This document shows positions 1-8,665 of a DNA stretch of 32,000 nt, piece by piece. The stretch is taken from positions 840,001-872,000 of the forward strand of contig OZ245819.1 of NCBI GenBank assembly GCA_965228485.1, written 5' to 3'. The notes beneath the pieces were generated by a model, which saw nothing but the letters and a program-made list of their open reading frames with translations, ran no database searches and was not told the origin of the DNA. The translations under genes and the position numbers were made by a program. Source of the DNA: Candidatus Saccharimonadota bacterium. Lineage in GTDB: Bacteria > Patescibacteriota > Gracilibacteria > UBA4473. Position 1 is the stretch's first letter. Each line of letters begins with the position of its first letter.

Positions 1-235
1 GACGCTCTCTCATTTGAGTTTCTTCTCGCTTTGCATTCTGTCTAAGATCTTCAACGTATTTTTTCCCTTCGTCCAAAATACGATCAGCCTCTAGTTTAGC
101 ATTTTCACGAATACGACCAGCTTCAGCCTTAGCGTTTTCCTCAAGAAGTTGCGCTCTCGGTCGAACAAATAGGTAGGACAGAATTGCCCCCAGGGCTACG
201 CCCGCCAATGGCAAAATAATATACAGGATTTCCAT
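1..235 (-). CDS. 5' end of a membrane-anchored coiled-coil protein with an RNase Y-like N-terminus (gene runs off the window edge)
   Basis: Not in the ORF track because it is truncated by the window. Reverse-strand ATG at 235..233 gives MEILYIILPLAGVALGAILSYLFVRPRAQLLEENAKAEAGRIRENAKLEADRILDEGKKYVEDLRQNAKREETQMRER. This is one N-terminal TM helix followed by an A/E/K-rich coiled coil, as in RNase Y N-termini. An ATP synthase b-type subunit has a similar layout and cannot be excluded. Confidence 0.4.
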   Translation of the reverse strand, partial: MEILYIILPLAGVALGAILSYLFVRPRAQLLEENAKAEAGRIRENAKLEADRILDEGKKYVEDLRQNAKREETQMRER

Positions 236-446
236 AACTAAAATAATAAAAAGATAACGAGACGACTCGGGTCAAATGAGCGACGTCCATTGTAATTTTT
301 TCTTCGATAATTAAAGCCTCACGTCTGCACCGTTCAACAAGAACCAGCCACAGCTGGTAAAGGTACAAAACAAATCGCTTCCAATATAGAATCATCTCAA
401 ATCCCAGCCTACAAAAGCGCTAAAAAAAGTCAATGGACAGCCCTCT

Positions 447-863
447 CTACTTATGACATCGACGACAAGTTCCCAAAAAGCCAAGGTGAACTTTTTTTAA
501 TAAGAAGTCTTTTTCTCTTGCCAATTGATTTGCAATGGCATCGTGATAATCCAAAAATATCTCTTCAGCATAACCACAAGTATCACAAATAAGAAAGTGA
601 TGCGATTCTTCGGTATTGTGAGGATCTGTACAGAGCTTCCACTTCCCTTGAAACTCATGAACTAAACGAACCTCTTGTAGTTTTTCTAACACTCGGTAAA
701 TCGTTGTCACATCAAACCTATCATCAAGAACCTTTGCAATCTCATACGCAGATAAAAACACTTCCGAAGAGCTGAGAACCTTAAAAGTTTCACGTACAGC
801 CAAGGTTAATCGCCAGGCTCGTTCTTTAAATCGAGTTTTTAATTCCGAAGATAAATCTACCAT
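447..863 (-). CDS. Fur-family metal/peroxide-responsive transcriptional regulator
   Basis: 138 aa. Winged-helix segment TTIYRVLEKLQEVRLVHEF, then HHFLICDTCG and a C-terminal CRRC (two CxxC pairs forming the structural Zn site typical of Fur/Zur/PerR). Last gene of a three-gene minus-strand operon. Confidence 0.85.
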   Translation of the reverse strand: MVDLSSELKTRFKERAWRLTLAVRETFKVLSSSEVFLSAYEIAKVLDDRFDVTTIYRVLEKLQEVRLVHEFQGKWKLCTDPHNTEESHHFLICDTCGYAEEIFLDYHDAIANQLAREKDFLLKKVHLGFLGTCRRCHK

Positions 864-866
864 TTT

Positions 867-1685
867 TTATGTTACAAGTTTGATAAAATATTCTGGCTCC
901 ACCAGCAAGAAGGCTCCAATAATGATAAGAATAATTCCTCCAATTAAGTTTGCTGTCTGGGTTATTTTTGGACTAAAAACTGTCAGCGAAAGAGTTTTGA
1001 TCGCGATAGTAAAGACGATCAAGTCATCAAGAATATAAGCAAAATCATAAATCAATAGCGCCGTAATTTTTTGCCACCATCCCAAATCCAAAGCAATAAG
1101 AGTAGAGGTAAATACCGTTGGAATAGCAAAAGAGCATAACAACTCAAAAGCATTGACCGAAAAAGCCAAAATAACCATTCCAAGGAGTAAAAAATAAATA
1201 TTTTCACGTTTTAAAATATCGGTGAGTTGTTGGTGAAATTTCTTTTTGCTCTCTATATCCCTAACCTCACATTCTATTCCCTTGCTTTTATAGTTTTTAA
1301 CCGCAAAGAATCCAGCCACTATAGCGATAATTCCAATCGCCATAAAAGCCCACTGCATGGCACTTGTTGCAATAAAACTTGTAAGCCACTGAAACCCTAT
1401 TAAATACGTAAAAAGAGCTGCTAGGTACAAGATTCCAGAACTAGCAATAAAAACTCCCCCAATAAGCCATCGACGACGAGAGTCTTCCATTGTCAGCAAA
1501 AAACCAAGCAATATAAACAGAGTCCACATAGCACAGGGATTAAACCCATCTACCAAGCCCAAAAGAAAACTCATAACGGGCCAAGAGTAATCCAATAACG
1601 GAGCCCACCAATGCCCAGCAGCTTGCTCACTCGCAAAAGCTACCCCTCCAAAAAGAAGACTTCCTAATATTAAAAAATATTTCAT
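867..1685 (-). CDS. CcdA/DsbD-family transmembrane thiol:disulfide electron-transfer protein
   Basis: Polytopic membrane protein with Cys in TM motifs GFNPCAMW and ELLCSFAIP. The track ORF starts at 1703. The ATG at 1685 (MKYFLILG..., signal-like) lies 1 nt after the upstream gene's stop and is the more likely start. Confidence 0.6.
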   Translation of the reverse strand: MKYFLILGSLLFGGVAFASEQAAGHWWAPLLDYSWPVMSFLLGLVDGFNPCAMWTLFILLGFLLTMEDSRRRWLIGGVFIASSGILYLAALFTYLIGFQWLTSFIATSAMQWAFMAIGIIAIVAGFFAVKNYKSKGIECEVRDIESKKKFHQQLTDILKRENIYFLLLGMVILAFSVNAFELLCSFAIPTVFTSTLIALDLGWWQKITALLIYDFAYILDDLIVFTIAIKTLSLTVFSPKITQTANLIGGIILIIIGAFLLVEPEYFIKLVT

Positions 1686-1686
1686 T

Positions 1687-2181
1687 TTATTTTCTTCCAA
1701 CAAACAGAGCTCCCCCGATAAGTAAGGCCGCCCCTAAAATAATAAAAACTATCTTCGAACTCATTCCTTTTGGCTCTTCCGTCGTTTCTACTACAACATT
1801 TTCGTCAACTTCTAAAGGCGGTCCATACCGAGCCTCCAGTAAAGTTAAAATTTGGTCAGGAACAAAACCAACAACAACCTCGTCACCAATAATATTCGTA
1901 GGAACGCCCGATGGAGACATGTCTAACGCCTGCATTCTTTCTGTCCAAATTTTTTGATTTGCTACATCATGCCAAACCTCATATTCGTTAATCTGAATAT
2001 CTGGGTACATCTGCTTCAGCGTTGCAAACCATTCTTTCTCTTCATGACAGTGAGGACATTCTCTTCCATGGAAAAAATCTAACACTGGAATTTGCTGGGC
2101 CATTACAACCCCTTGTTGCAACAATGTTGCAAAAGCAAACAAAAACGCCTTTTGTAAATGAATCATTCTCATTATCGACAT
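1687..2181 (-). CDS. Exported, membrane-tethered thioredoxin-fold protein (CPHC active site)
   Basis: 164 aa. N-terminal hydrophobic signal, CPHC redox motif in a thioredoxin/glutaredoxin-like core (GVPTNIIGDEVVVGF), and a C-terminal TM anchor (IVFIILGAALLIGGALFV). Directly upstream of the CcdA-like gene. Confidence 0.65.
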   Translation of the reverse strand: MSIMRMIHLQKAFLFAFATLLQQGVVMAQQIPVLDFFHGRECPHCHEEKEWFATLKQMYPDIQINEYEVWHDVANQKIWTERMQALDMSPSGVPTNIIGDEVVVGFVPDQILTLLEARYGPPLEVDENVVVETTEEPKGMSSKIVFIILGAALLIGGALFVGRK

Positions 2182-2284
2182 CGTAAAAAGTTCTTATTTT
2201 TTTTCAAATAAATCAAAGATAAAACTCAAAAAAACAAATTCGTTGCTTCAGAACATTTTTTTAACGATAATGCACACAATGTTG

Positions 2285-2974
2285 ATGTTCAAAAACGTTG
2301 GCTTAGAAATAAATAAAAACAAAGTCCTCAAGGACCTAAGCTTTAAGATTGTTCCTGGTGAAATGGTAGCGATTCTGGGTGAGTCAGGAGCCGGAAAATC
2401 CTCTCTATTTAGTTTGCTAATAGGAGAAAAGAAGCCTTCAAGCGGTGAGATTTTACTAGATGAATTCTCTCTAGGAGAACTTTCCTTTGATAGTGTTCAA
2501 AAATACCGAAGACAGATTGGAATTATTTTCCAAGACTTCAGACTTCTCCCCCAAAAAACGGTTGAAGAAAACATTGCTTTTGCCCTAGAAGTTTGCGGAG
2601 AAGAAGAGCACATAAAGAGAAAAATACCTCAGCTACTCGAAGTGGTAGGACTCAAAGATCGAGCCAAGTCCTTCCCTTCCAGCTTGTCAGGAGGAGAAAA
2701 ACAAAGAGTAGCTATAGCAAGAGCTCTTATTCATGAACCCAAGATTCTAATTGCTGATGAGGCAACGGGAAACCTTGATCCAAAAAACTCAAAAGAAATT
2801 GCCGAATTATTTCTTCACCTCAACAAAACTCAAGGCCTCACGCTTCTTTTTGCCACTCATGATCCTATTCTGGTTCAGAAACTCACTCCCAGAGTGATTA
2901 GGCTTGAGGAAGGGGCTGTTTTATTTGATGAATATAACTGTGACTGGAAAAAGGCCTTTTCTGGACTTTTGTAA
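2285..2974 (+). CDS. ftsE: Cell-division ABC ATPase FtsE-like
   Basis: Walker A GESGAGKSS, RRQIGIIFQDFRLL, signature LSGGEKQRVAIARAL, Walker B ILIADEATGNLD. Size and motif spacing match FtsE. The track ORF begins at a TTG at 2243; the ATG at 2285 (MFKNVGLEI) is the more likely start. No ftsX follows. Confidence 0.7.
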   Translation: MFKNVGLEINKNKVLKDLSFKIVPGEMVAILGESGAGKSSLFSLLIGEKKPSSGEILLDEFSLGELSFDSVQKYRRQIGIIFQDFRLLPQKTVEENIAFALEVCGEEEHIKRKIPQLLEVVGLKDRAKSFPSSLSGGEKQRVAIARALIHEPKILIADEATGNLDPKNSKEIAELFLHLNKTQGLTLLFATHDPILVQKLTPRVIRLEEGAVLFDEYNCDWKKAFSGLL

Positions 2975-3002
2975 AATTTGTATTTTAAACGAGTAAAAAA
3001 CT

Positions 3003-3031
3003 TTGACAAACCGTCTGTAATATCTTAAATT
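3003..3031 (+). promoter_or_regulatory. Candidate sigma-70-type promoter for the 3086 gene
   Basis: TTGACA (3003-3008), 17-nt spacer, TAAATT (3026-3031), about 55 nt upstream of the ATG. Confidence 0.3.
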
Positions 3032-3085
3032 TTTGACTAGTATTGTTTTTGTGTCTTTCTTTTATATATAACTGCAGTATAGAGT

Positions 3086-4162
3086 ATGAATACTACCCCA
3101 AAGGTTGACGTAAACTTTTCAGAACTCATGTCACGACTATTAGGCCTTCTAAGTCCTAAAGAACGTGATGTTATTGAGCGACGATTTTCTCTTGCTGGAC
3201 ACAAAAAAGAGACACTAGACAAAATTGGAAAGAGCTATTCTATCACTCGAGAAAGGGTAAGACAAATTGAAGCAGTAGCGCTCAAAAAACTAGCTCGAAT
3301 CTCAATGGATCCGTCGATGAGACAGATTCATAACTTAGCATTTGAAATACTCAATGAAAACGGAAAAGTTATGCTTGAAGATCGACTTGTATCGGAGATG
3401 CTTAAAAACATGAACGATACAAAAAACATTGATACAAATGCTGTAAAACTTGCTATGAGAGTTTCTGATCGAATGATCAAACAAGATAAAAATCAGTTCT
3501 TTCGAGCTTTTTGGAGAACTTCTGACTTAACTTTGATGGAAGTAAGAACTCTTATCAAAGGTCTTCAGAAAACTATGAACAAAAAAGGGGATATTACTTC
3601 TACTGAGGAATTATTTGAAAAATTAAACAAAGATTATCCATTAAATATGATCGAATCTGCCCTAGAAGTAGATTGGAGCTTCAAAAGAACGGAAGAAGGA
3701 TGGGGTCTCAGTGCTTGGCGTCATATCAACCCGAAATCGATCAAAGATAAAATCATGATTGTTTTCAAAGAAGCCGGAAAACCACTCCACTTCACGGAAA
3801 TTGTAAATCATGTACTTAATGATTTTGATTCTAAAAAAATGGTAACCCACCAAGCTATTCATAATGAACTCATTCGACACGAAGACTTCGTTCTTGTTGG
3901 AAGAGGAATGTACGCTCTTAAAGGATGGGGGCTTGCGGCAGGAACAGTTTGCGATCTTATTGTTCAGGTTCTACAAGAAAATGGAGATCCAATGAAGCGG
4001 CAAGATATTATCAATGCTGTGTTAAAAAAGAGAGATATCCGAATTGGAACGATTTCCCTAAACCTGCAAAAATACGATTTCTTTAAACGTGTGGGGCGGG
4101 CAGTATACGAATATGCTCCAGAAATGGACAAAAGACGAAGAAACAAGAAAGGAGAAGTTTAA
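3086..4162 (+). CDS. Orphan sigma-70 region-4 domain fused to C-terminal HARE-HTH-like (RNAP delta-like) winged-helix domains
   Basis: The N-terminus LSPKERDVIERRFSLAGHKKETLDKIGKSYSITRERVRQIEAVALKKL closely matches RpoD region 4.2, but no region 2 or 3 is present. The C-terminus KPLHFTEIVNHVL...HEDFVLVGRGMYALKGWG has the HARE-HTH pattern. A second similar module follows (DPMKRQDIINAVL...FFKRVGRAVYEY). Confidence 0.6.
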   Translation: MNTTPKVDVNFSELMSRLLGLLSPKERDVIERRFSLAGHKKETLDKIGKSYSITRERVRQIEAVALKKLARISMDPSMRQIHNLAFEILNENGKVMLEDRLVSEMLKNMNDTKNIDTNAVKLAMRVSDRMIKQDKNQFFRAFWRTSDLTLMEVRTLIKGLQKTMNKKGDITSTEELFEKLNKDYPLNMIESALEVDWSFKRTEEGWGLSAWRHINPKSIKDKIMIVFKEAGKPLHFTEIVNHVLNDFDSKKMVTHQAIHNELIRHEDFVLVGRGMYALKGWGLAAGTVCDLIVQVLQENGDPMKRQDIINAVLKKRDIRIGTISLNLQKYDFFKRVGRAVYEYAPEMDKRRRNKKGEV

Positions 4163-5226
4163 ACGCCTGTTTCTATTGGTATTCGAGAAGCTATACGACC
4201 TTGAAGACGAAGGTGTTCTTGCCTATGCAGAATATGCATTACCACGACTATAAGAATAAATATGTATGGGAAGACAAAGCCAATAAGCCCAAACTCAAGC
4301 AAAGAATTGAAGACTCCATGAAGCAGCATGGCTAAAATCGCTCCTTCCATCATCTTCTCTTCATGAAAGAGTACCGAACCTTTTAAGTGCATAATTTGGT
4401 GAAATTTTTCGATAAAGGGATGACGATTCTCGGCAGCCTCTTTCTGATATATTTCTGACGAAAACTTCGCGATTCCATAGAAGTATCCCAAAATCGCAGA
4501 AAAACCAACATGAGCCCCAACAGAGACAAGAGAACGAAGGCCCACAAGCAAGGCTACTTCCTGGGTAGAAAGTAATGCCAGATTACCGATAGAATGAAAG
4601 TATAAAATGTTCTCCATAAAGGCAAATCCTAAGGCTACAACAATAGCATACTGAACGGCTTCTCCTACAGAATGGATTTTATTCTCATCTGCAAAACGAA
4701 GTACTAAATGCTTTATAAATTCTTCTAATACCCCAACGAGCATAAAAAACCAAACTTTCTCGTGTAAAGAAAGGGAAGAGAAAAAAGCCACAACACCACA
4801 AACCACTCCTACAGATATGAAAAAGCGAGGAGATTCGCAAATCTTTAAAAACTTCTGTTGAAAAACCTTGATGGTATTATCTCCAGATAACACCTCTAAT
4901 AAAAACATCATTAAGGCCGCAAATACAAATATCCCCAAGAGGACTATAACCATCGCTGTTACATAAGTAACTAAAGAAGCTCCGTCTTGAAGATTAAGCA
5001 ACGCTGAAAGATGTTTAAACAAATTTACATGCTCAAGCTCAAAAACAGCCGTATTCCAATATTTCTCATATAATTTTATAGGCAGGACAGATAAAACTCC
5101 CGCCAGAAAGGTAAGAACAAGATAAGATTTTTTCTTTGGCAGGTGTTTCCTAAAAAAGAAAAACCATAGCAGTATTGGCACAAAAGCCACGAAAGCATAA
5201 GTGAACCAAGATAAATAATCTGACAT
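4159..5226 (-). CDS. PrsW-family intramembrane protease (paralog 1)
   Basis: 355 aa polytopic membrane protein with LEEFIKH (EExxK), GFAFMENILYF (FAxxEN), AHVGFSAILG and LLHGVFNSLLE (HxxxN) motifs. Confidence 0.6.
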   Translation of the reverse strand: MSDYLSWFTYAFVAFVPILLWFFFFRKHLPKKKSYLVLTFLAGVLSVLPIKLYEKYWNTAVFELEHVNLFKHLSALLNLQDGASLVTYVTAMVIVLLGIFVFAALMMFLLEVLSGDNTIKVFQQKFLKICESPRFFISVGVVCGVVAFFSSLSLHEKVWFFMLVGVLEEFIKHLVLRFADENKIHSVGEAVQYAIVVALGFAFMENILYFHSIGNLALLSTQEVALLVGLRSLVSVGAHVGFSAILGYFYGIAKFSSEIYQKEAAENRHPFIEKFHQIMHLKGSVLFHEEKMMEGAILAMLLHGVFNSLLEFGLIGFVFPYIFILIVVVMHILHRQEHLRLQGRIASRIPIETGV

Positions 5227-5369
5227 ACTTGTTTTTTTTGTTAATTATTCCATTTTATCATATTTACAAAATAAATCAAACATTGTATTGAGGTGTTTAA
5301 TTGTTGTTTAGGGTGGTGTTTTTTTTAAATTTAGCTAGTTTGTTGGCGAAAATTTATTGAAAATCATTC

Positions 5370-6704
5370 ATGCTACATCCTTTATCTCCTCTTGACGGTC
5401 GTTACGCCAACAAAGTGAAAAGCCTTACCCATACTTTTTCTGAGTTTGGTCTTATGAAATATCGAACTGTTGTAGAGGTTCGTTGGCTACTTTTTCTCAG
5501 CGAAAAGGGAATTGCTCCAGCTATTCCAGAAGAGATAAAAATTGGACTTGAGGCTCTTTGTGAGAACTTTACCGATGAAGAATTTCAAAAAATAAAGGAA
5601 ATCGAAGTCACTACAAATCATGATGTTAAAGCAGTAGAATATTTCCTAAGAGAGCTCGTTCCACAGAATCTTTGGGCCTGGATTCACTTTGCCTGTACTT
5701 CTGAAGATATAAATAATACTGCTTATGCACTAATGCTAAAAGAAGGTCGAGAAACGCTATTAAATAATCTCGACGAGGTACAAGATGATCTCAAACGTAA
5801 AGCTTTAGAGTGGAAAAATACGCCAATGCTTTGTCGAACTCATGGACAAACCGCAACCCCTTCAACCATGGGGAAAGAGTGGGCGGTATTCCATCATCGA
5901 ATTAATATTGGAATTCAAGCCACTAGTGGTCTTCCAATTCTCGCCAAAATCAATGGAGCAACTGGAACGTTTTCAGCCCATGTAACGGCTATTCCAGATG
6001 CGGACTGGATTGAGCTTTCCGAACAATTTATAACTAACAAGCTTCAACTTACGTGGAACCCTTTAACCACGCAAATTGAATCCCACGATAGCCAAACAGC
6101 TCTACTTCATAATATTGCTCATTTTTCGAGCATTTACATCGACCTATGCCGAGATGTATGGAGCTATATCTCTTTAGGTTTCTTTGGACAAAAGACTGTT
6201 GCTGGAGAAGTAGGATCATCAACTATGCCTCACAAAGTAAACCCTATTGACTTTGAAAATGCTGAAGGGAACTTCAAACTCGCTCGTGGAATTGCCCGAA
6301 CTCTAGCGGATGAACTTCCAATATCTCGATGGCAAAGAGACCTAACAGACTCAACACTACAAAGAAACTTTGGGTTAGTTTTTGGTCATTTTCTCCTAGC
6401 TCTAGAATCACTCAAAAAAGGCCTTGGTAAATTAGAGCTTCGAGAAGAAGTGATTCTAAAAGATTTACAAGCGTCTCCTGAAGTCCTCACAGAAGCGATT
6501 CAGACTGTTTTAAGAGCTCATGGTCAACACGATGCATACGAACAGCTTAAAGCTTTTTCAAGAGGTCAGGCACTTACTCTTGATCAGGTAAAAGAATTCA
6601 TTTCTCAATGTGATCTTCCTCAGGAAGAAAAAGATCGATTAGAAACATTAACTCCAGAGACTTACACGGGACTTGCTGAACAACTAGTTGATAAATTCAT
6701 CTAA
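5370..6704 (+). CDS. purB: Adenylosuccinate lyase
   Basis: 444 aa. Fumarate-lyase signature GSSTMPHKVNPIDFEN and typical PurB N-terminus (LSPLDGRY). Confidence 0.92.
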   Translation: MLHPLSPLDGRYANKVKSLTHTFSEFGLMKYRTVVEVRWLLFLSEKGIAPAIPEEIKIGLEALCENFTDEEFQKIKEIEVTTNHDVKAVEYFLRELVPQNLWAWIHFACTSEDINNTAYALMLKEGRETLLNNLDEVQDDLKRKALEWKNTPMLCRTHGQTATPSTMGKEWAVFHHRINIGIQATSGLPILAKINGATGTFSAHVTAIPDADWIELSEQFITNKLQLTWNPLTTQIESHDSQTALLHNIAHFSSIYIDLCRDVWSYISLGFFGQKTVAGEVGSSTMPHKVNPIDFENAEGNFKLARGIARTLADELPISRWQRDLTDSTLQRNFGLVFGHFLLALESLKKGLGKLELREEVILKDLQASPEVLTEAIQTVLRAHGQHDAYEQLKAFSRGQALTLDQVKEFISQCDLPQEEKDRLETLTPETYTGLAEQLVDKFI

Positions 6705-7615
6705 TGAAAAACCTATTTCTGGGGCTCTCTAAAGAGCATCAGGGAGAACTATTATTATTTTTTGGAGTCCTTTTTTGGGGTGTTTTTCCACTATTTCTAG
6801 TACTCATTACCCAAAACGTTCCTGCAATCTTTGCTGCAGGGTTAAGTACTTTTATGGCCTTTGTTTTTATGGGCATAATTTGTGCTTTTTTTCATGGATT
6901 TAAATGGCTAAAAAGGAAAGATATTTGGTTTGATGTTCTTATGGTCGTTTTGTTTATCGGAATTGGGGTCTATGGCCTCTTATTCACCGCCTCAAAATTT
7001 ACCGATGCCAACAATATTGCCTTGCTAGGACTTACTGAAGTATTGGTTTCTTTTCTTGTGCTATCTCTTGTTAAAGCTGAAACCTACACCAAATCTGCTT
7101 ACTTGGGGGGGGCTCTTGTTATACTGGGTGGCTTTTTTGTAACTTATAAAACTGGATTTAAGTTTAATATAGGAGACATTCTTGTGGTTCTCGCTTATGC
7201 CTGTGCCCCATTTGGAAACATTTATCAAAGAAAACTTAAGCGCAAAATTAGTGCTTTACAAATGATGTTTTTAAGAAGTTTTTTTGCCAGTATTATCTTA
7301 CTCAGCATCTCCTTTATTCTAGAATCTGGACAGCTATCAAGCCTCAACTTCAACACTCTTTTACTCATTTCTATAATGGGAATTCTCTTTATGGGGTTAC
7401 AAAAAATTATTTGGATTGAAGTAATCCATAGAATTTCTATCGCCAAAGCAAATGCTATCGGTGTTATTGAACCAGTAATTACTATGTTTTTTGTCTACTT
7501 ACTGTGGTCCACTCCACCGAGCAATCAACAAATAATTGGTCTCATTCCATTAGTTCTTGGAGTGTTGATTATATTAAAATCTAAAAATTCTTTTCGTATT
7601 AATCCCTCTGTTTAA
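6704..7615 (+). CDS. EamA/DMT-family transporter
   Basis: 303 aa, about 10 TM helices in a duplicated EamA-like layout. Its start overlaps the purB stop (TAATG). Confidence 0.55.
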   Translation: MKNLFLGLSKEHQGELLLFFGVLFWGVFPLFLVLITQNVPAIFAAGLSTFMAFVFMGIICAFFHGFKWLKRKDIWFDVLMVVLFIGIGVYGLLFTASKFTDANNIALLGLTEVLVSFLVLSLVKAETYTKSAYLGGALVILGGFFVTYKTGFKFNIGDILVVLAYACAPFGNIYQRKLKRKISALQMMFLRSFFASIILLSISFILESGQLSSLNFNTLLLISIMGILFMGLQKIIWIEVIHRISIAKANAIGVIEPVITMFFVYLLWSTPPSNQQIIGLIPLVLGVLIILKSKNSFRINPSV

Positions 7616-8127
7616 TGATATTTATAGCCCTAGGATCATCGATTGGAGACGCTCCATCCATTTTTGATTCTGCAGAAAGATTTCTTAAAAAAAATGGCAT
7701 AAAGATTTTGAAAAAATCCAAAATCTTAAAAAATCCTCCAATCGGGAATGTCGCAAAAAATGAATTCTCTAATGCTGTTTGGAAAATTGATTTCCCTTTT
7801 AGTTCATGGGAAAAACTTAACTACATACTTTTGCCTCAACATCGTAAGAAAAAACTAAAATCCTATAAACTACTAAAAATACTTCAACGCTGCGAAGACA
7901 TACATGATCGCGCAAGAGAAAAACGCTGGGATGATCGGACCCTAGATCTTGATATCCTCATGTTTCACGATCTTATTATTTCAAAAAAAGCACTTACGCT
8001 CCCTCACCCTGAAATTCCAAATCGGGATTTTGTACTACTCCCATGGAAAGAAATCGTTGACGAAGCATTTTTAATTCCTAAATTTGGAGCACTTAAAGAT
8101 TTAATTACCGCACTTGATGTCGACTGA
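7615..8127 (+). CDS. folK: 6-hydroxymethyl-7,8-dihydropterin pyrophosphokinase (HPPK)
   Basis: IALGSSIGD start, RWDDRTLDLDIL, LTLPHPEIPNRDFVLLPW. Ends with TGA at 8125-8127. Confidence 0.75.
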   Translation: MIFIALGSSIGDAPSIFDSAERFLKKNGIKILKKSKILKNPPIGNVAKNEFSNAVWKIDFPFSSWEKLNYILLPQHRKKKLKSYKLLKILQRCEDIHDRAREKRWDDRTLDLDILMFHDLIISKKALTLPHPEIPNRDFVLLPWKEIVDEAFLIPKFGALKDLITALDVD

Positions 8128-8665
8128 AGAAGCCATTCGTCAAATTCTTATAAACATCGGAGAAGACCCTGATCGGGAAGGTTTAATTGAAACCCCAAAA
8201 CGAGTTAGAAAAGCTCATGAAGAGCTCTTTTCTGGTTATAAAGTTGATCCTAAATCATTAATTAAAACTTTCACAAATGAAGGGTACAATGAAATGATTT
8301 TAGTTAAAGATATTGAATATTACTCAAATTGTGAGCATCATATGCTACCATTTTTTGGCAAAGCCCACGTAGCCTATATACCAGGAAAAAATATTACGGG
8401 ACTCTCTAAATTGCCGAGGCTCGTAGACGTTTTTGCCAGACGATTACAAAATCAAGAACGCCTCACAGTACAAGTAGCTGAAACACTTATGGAGTCACTA
8501 AATCCCATTGGAGTAGCCGTACAGATTTCTGGTATGCACATGTGTATGTGTTCTCGAGGAGTTGGGCAAGCTAAGTCCGAAACCGTTTCTACCTGTTTCC
8601 TTGGAAAATTCAAAGAAGACTCAAGCCTAAGATCCAACTTTTTTGATCAGATAAAGACGAGTTAA
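8117..8665 (+). CDS. folE: GTP cyclohydrolase I
   Basis: GLIETPKRV, CEHHMLPFFGKAHVAYIP, GLSKLPRLVDVFARRLQNQERLT. The track start at 8114 is a TTG; the ATG at 8117 is the likely start. Overlaps the folK 3' end. Confidence 0.92.
   Translation: MSTEEAIRQILINIGEDPDREGLIETPKRVRKAHEELFSGYKVDPKSLIKTFTNEGYNEMILVKDIEYYSNCEHHMLPFFGKAHVAYIPGKNITGLSKLPRLVDVFARRLQNQERLTVQVAETLMESLNPIGVAVQISGMHMCMCSRGVGQAKSETVSTCFLGKFKEDSSLRSNFFDQIKTS

Noticed and set aside
141-395. 84-aa ORF from the track (MILYWKRF...)
   Set aside because: It overlaps the convincing RNase Y-like start (235) in another frame. It has an implausible W/Y/F/L-rich composition and no recognisable motif. It is most likely a chance ORF across the fur-rny spacer.
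236-446. Possible ncRNA or tRNA in the slightly GC-richer 210-bp fur-rny spacer
   Set aside because: I found only a 6-bp hairpin with a tetraloop (ACCAGC-CACA-GCTGGT, 343-358). There is no cloverleaf and no recognisable riboswitch or RNase P/SRP/tmRNA motifs, so the evidence is insufficient for a call.
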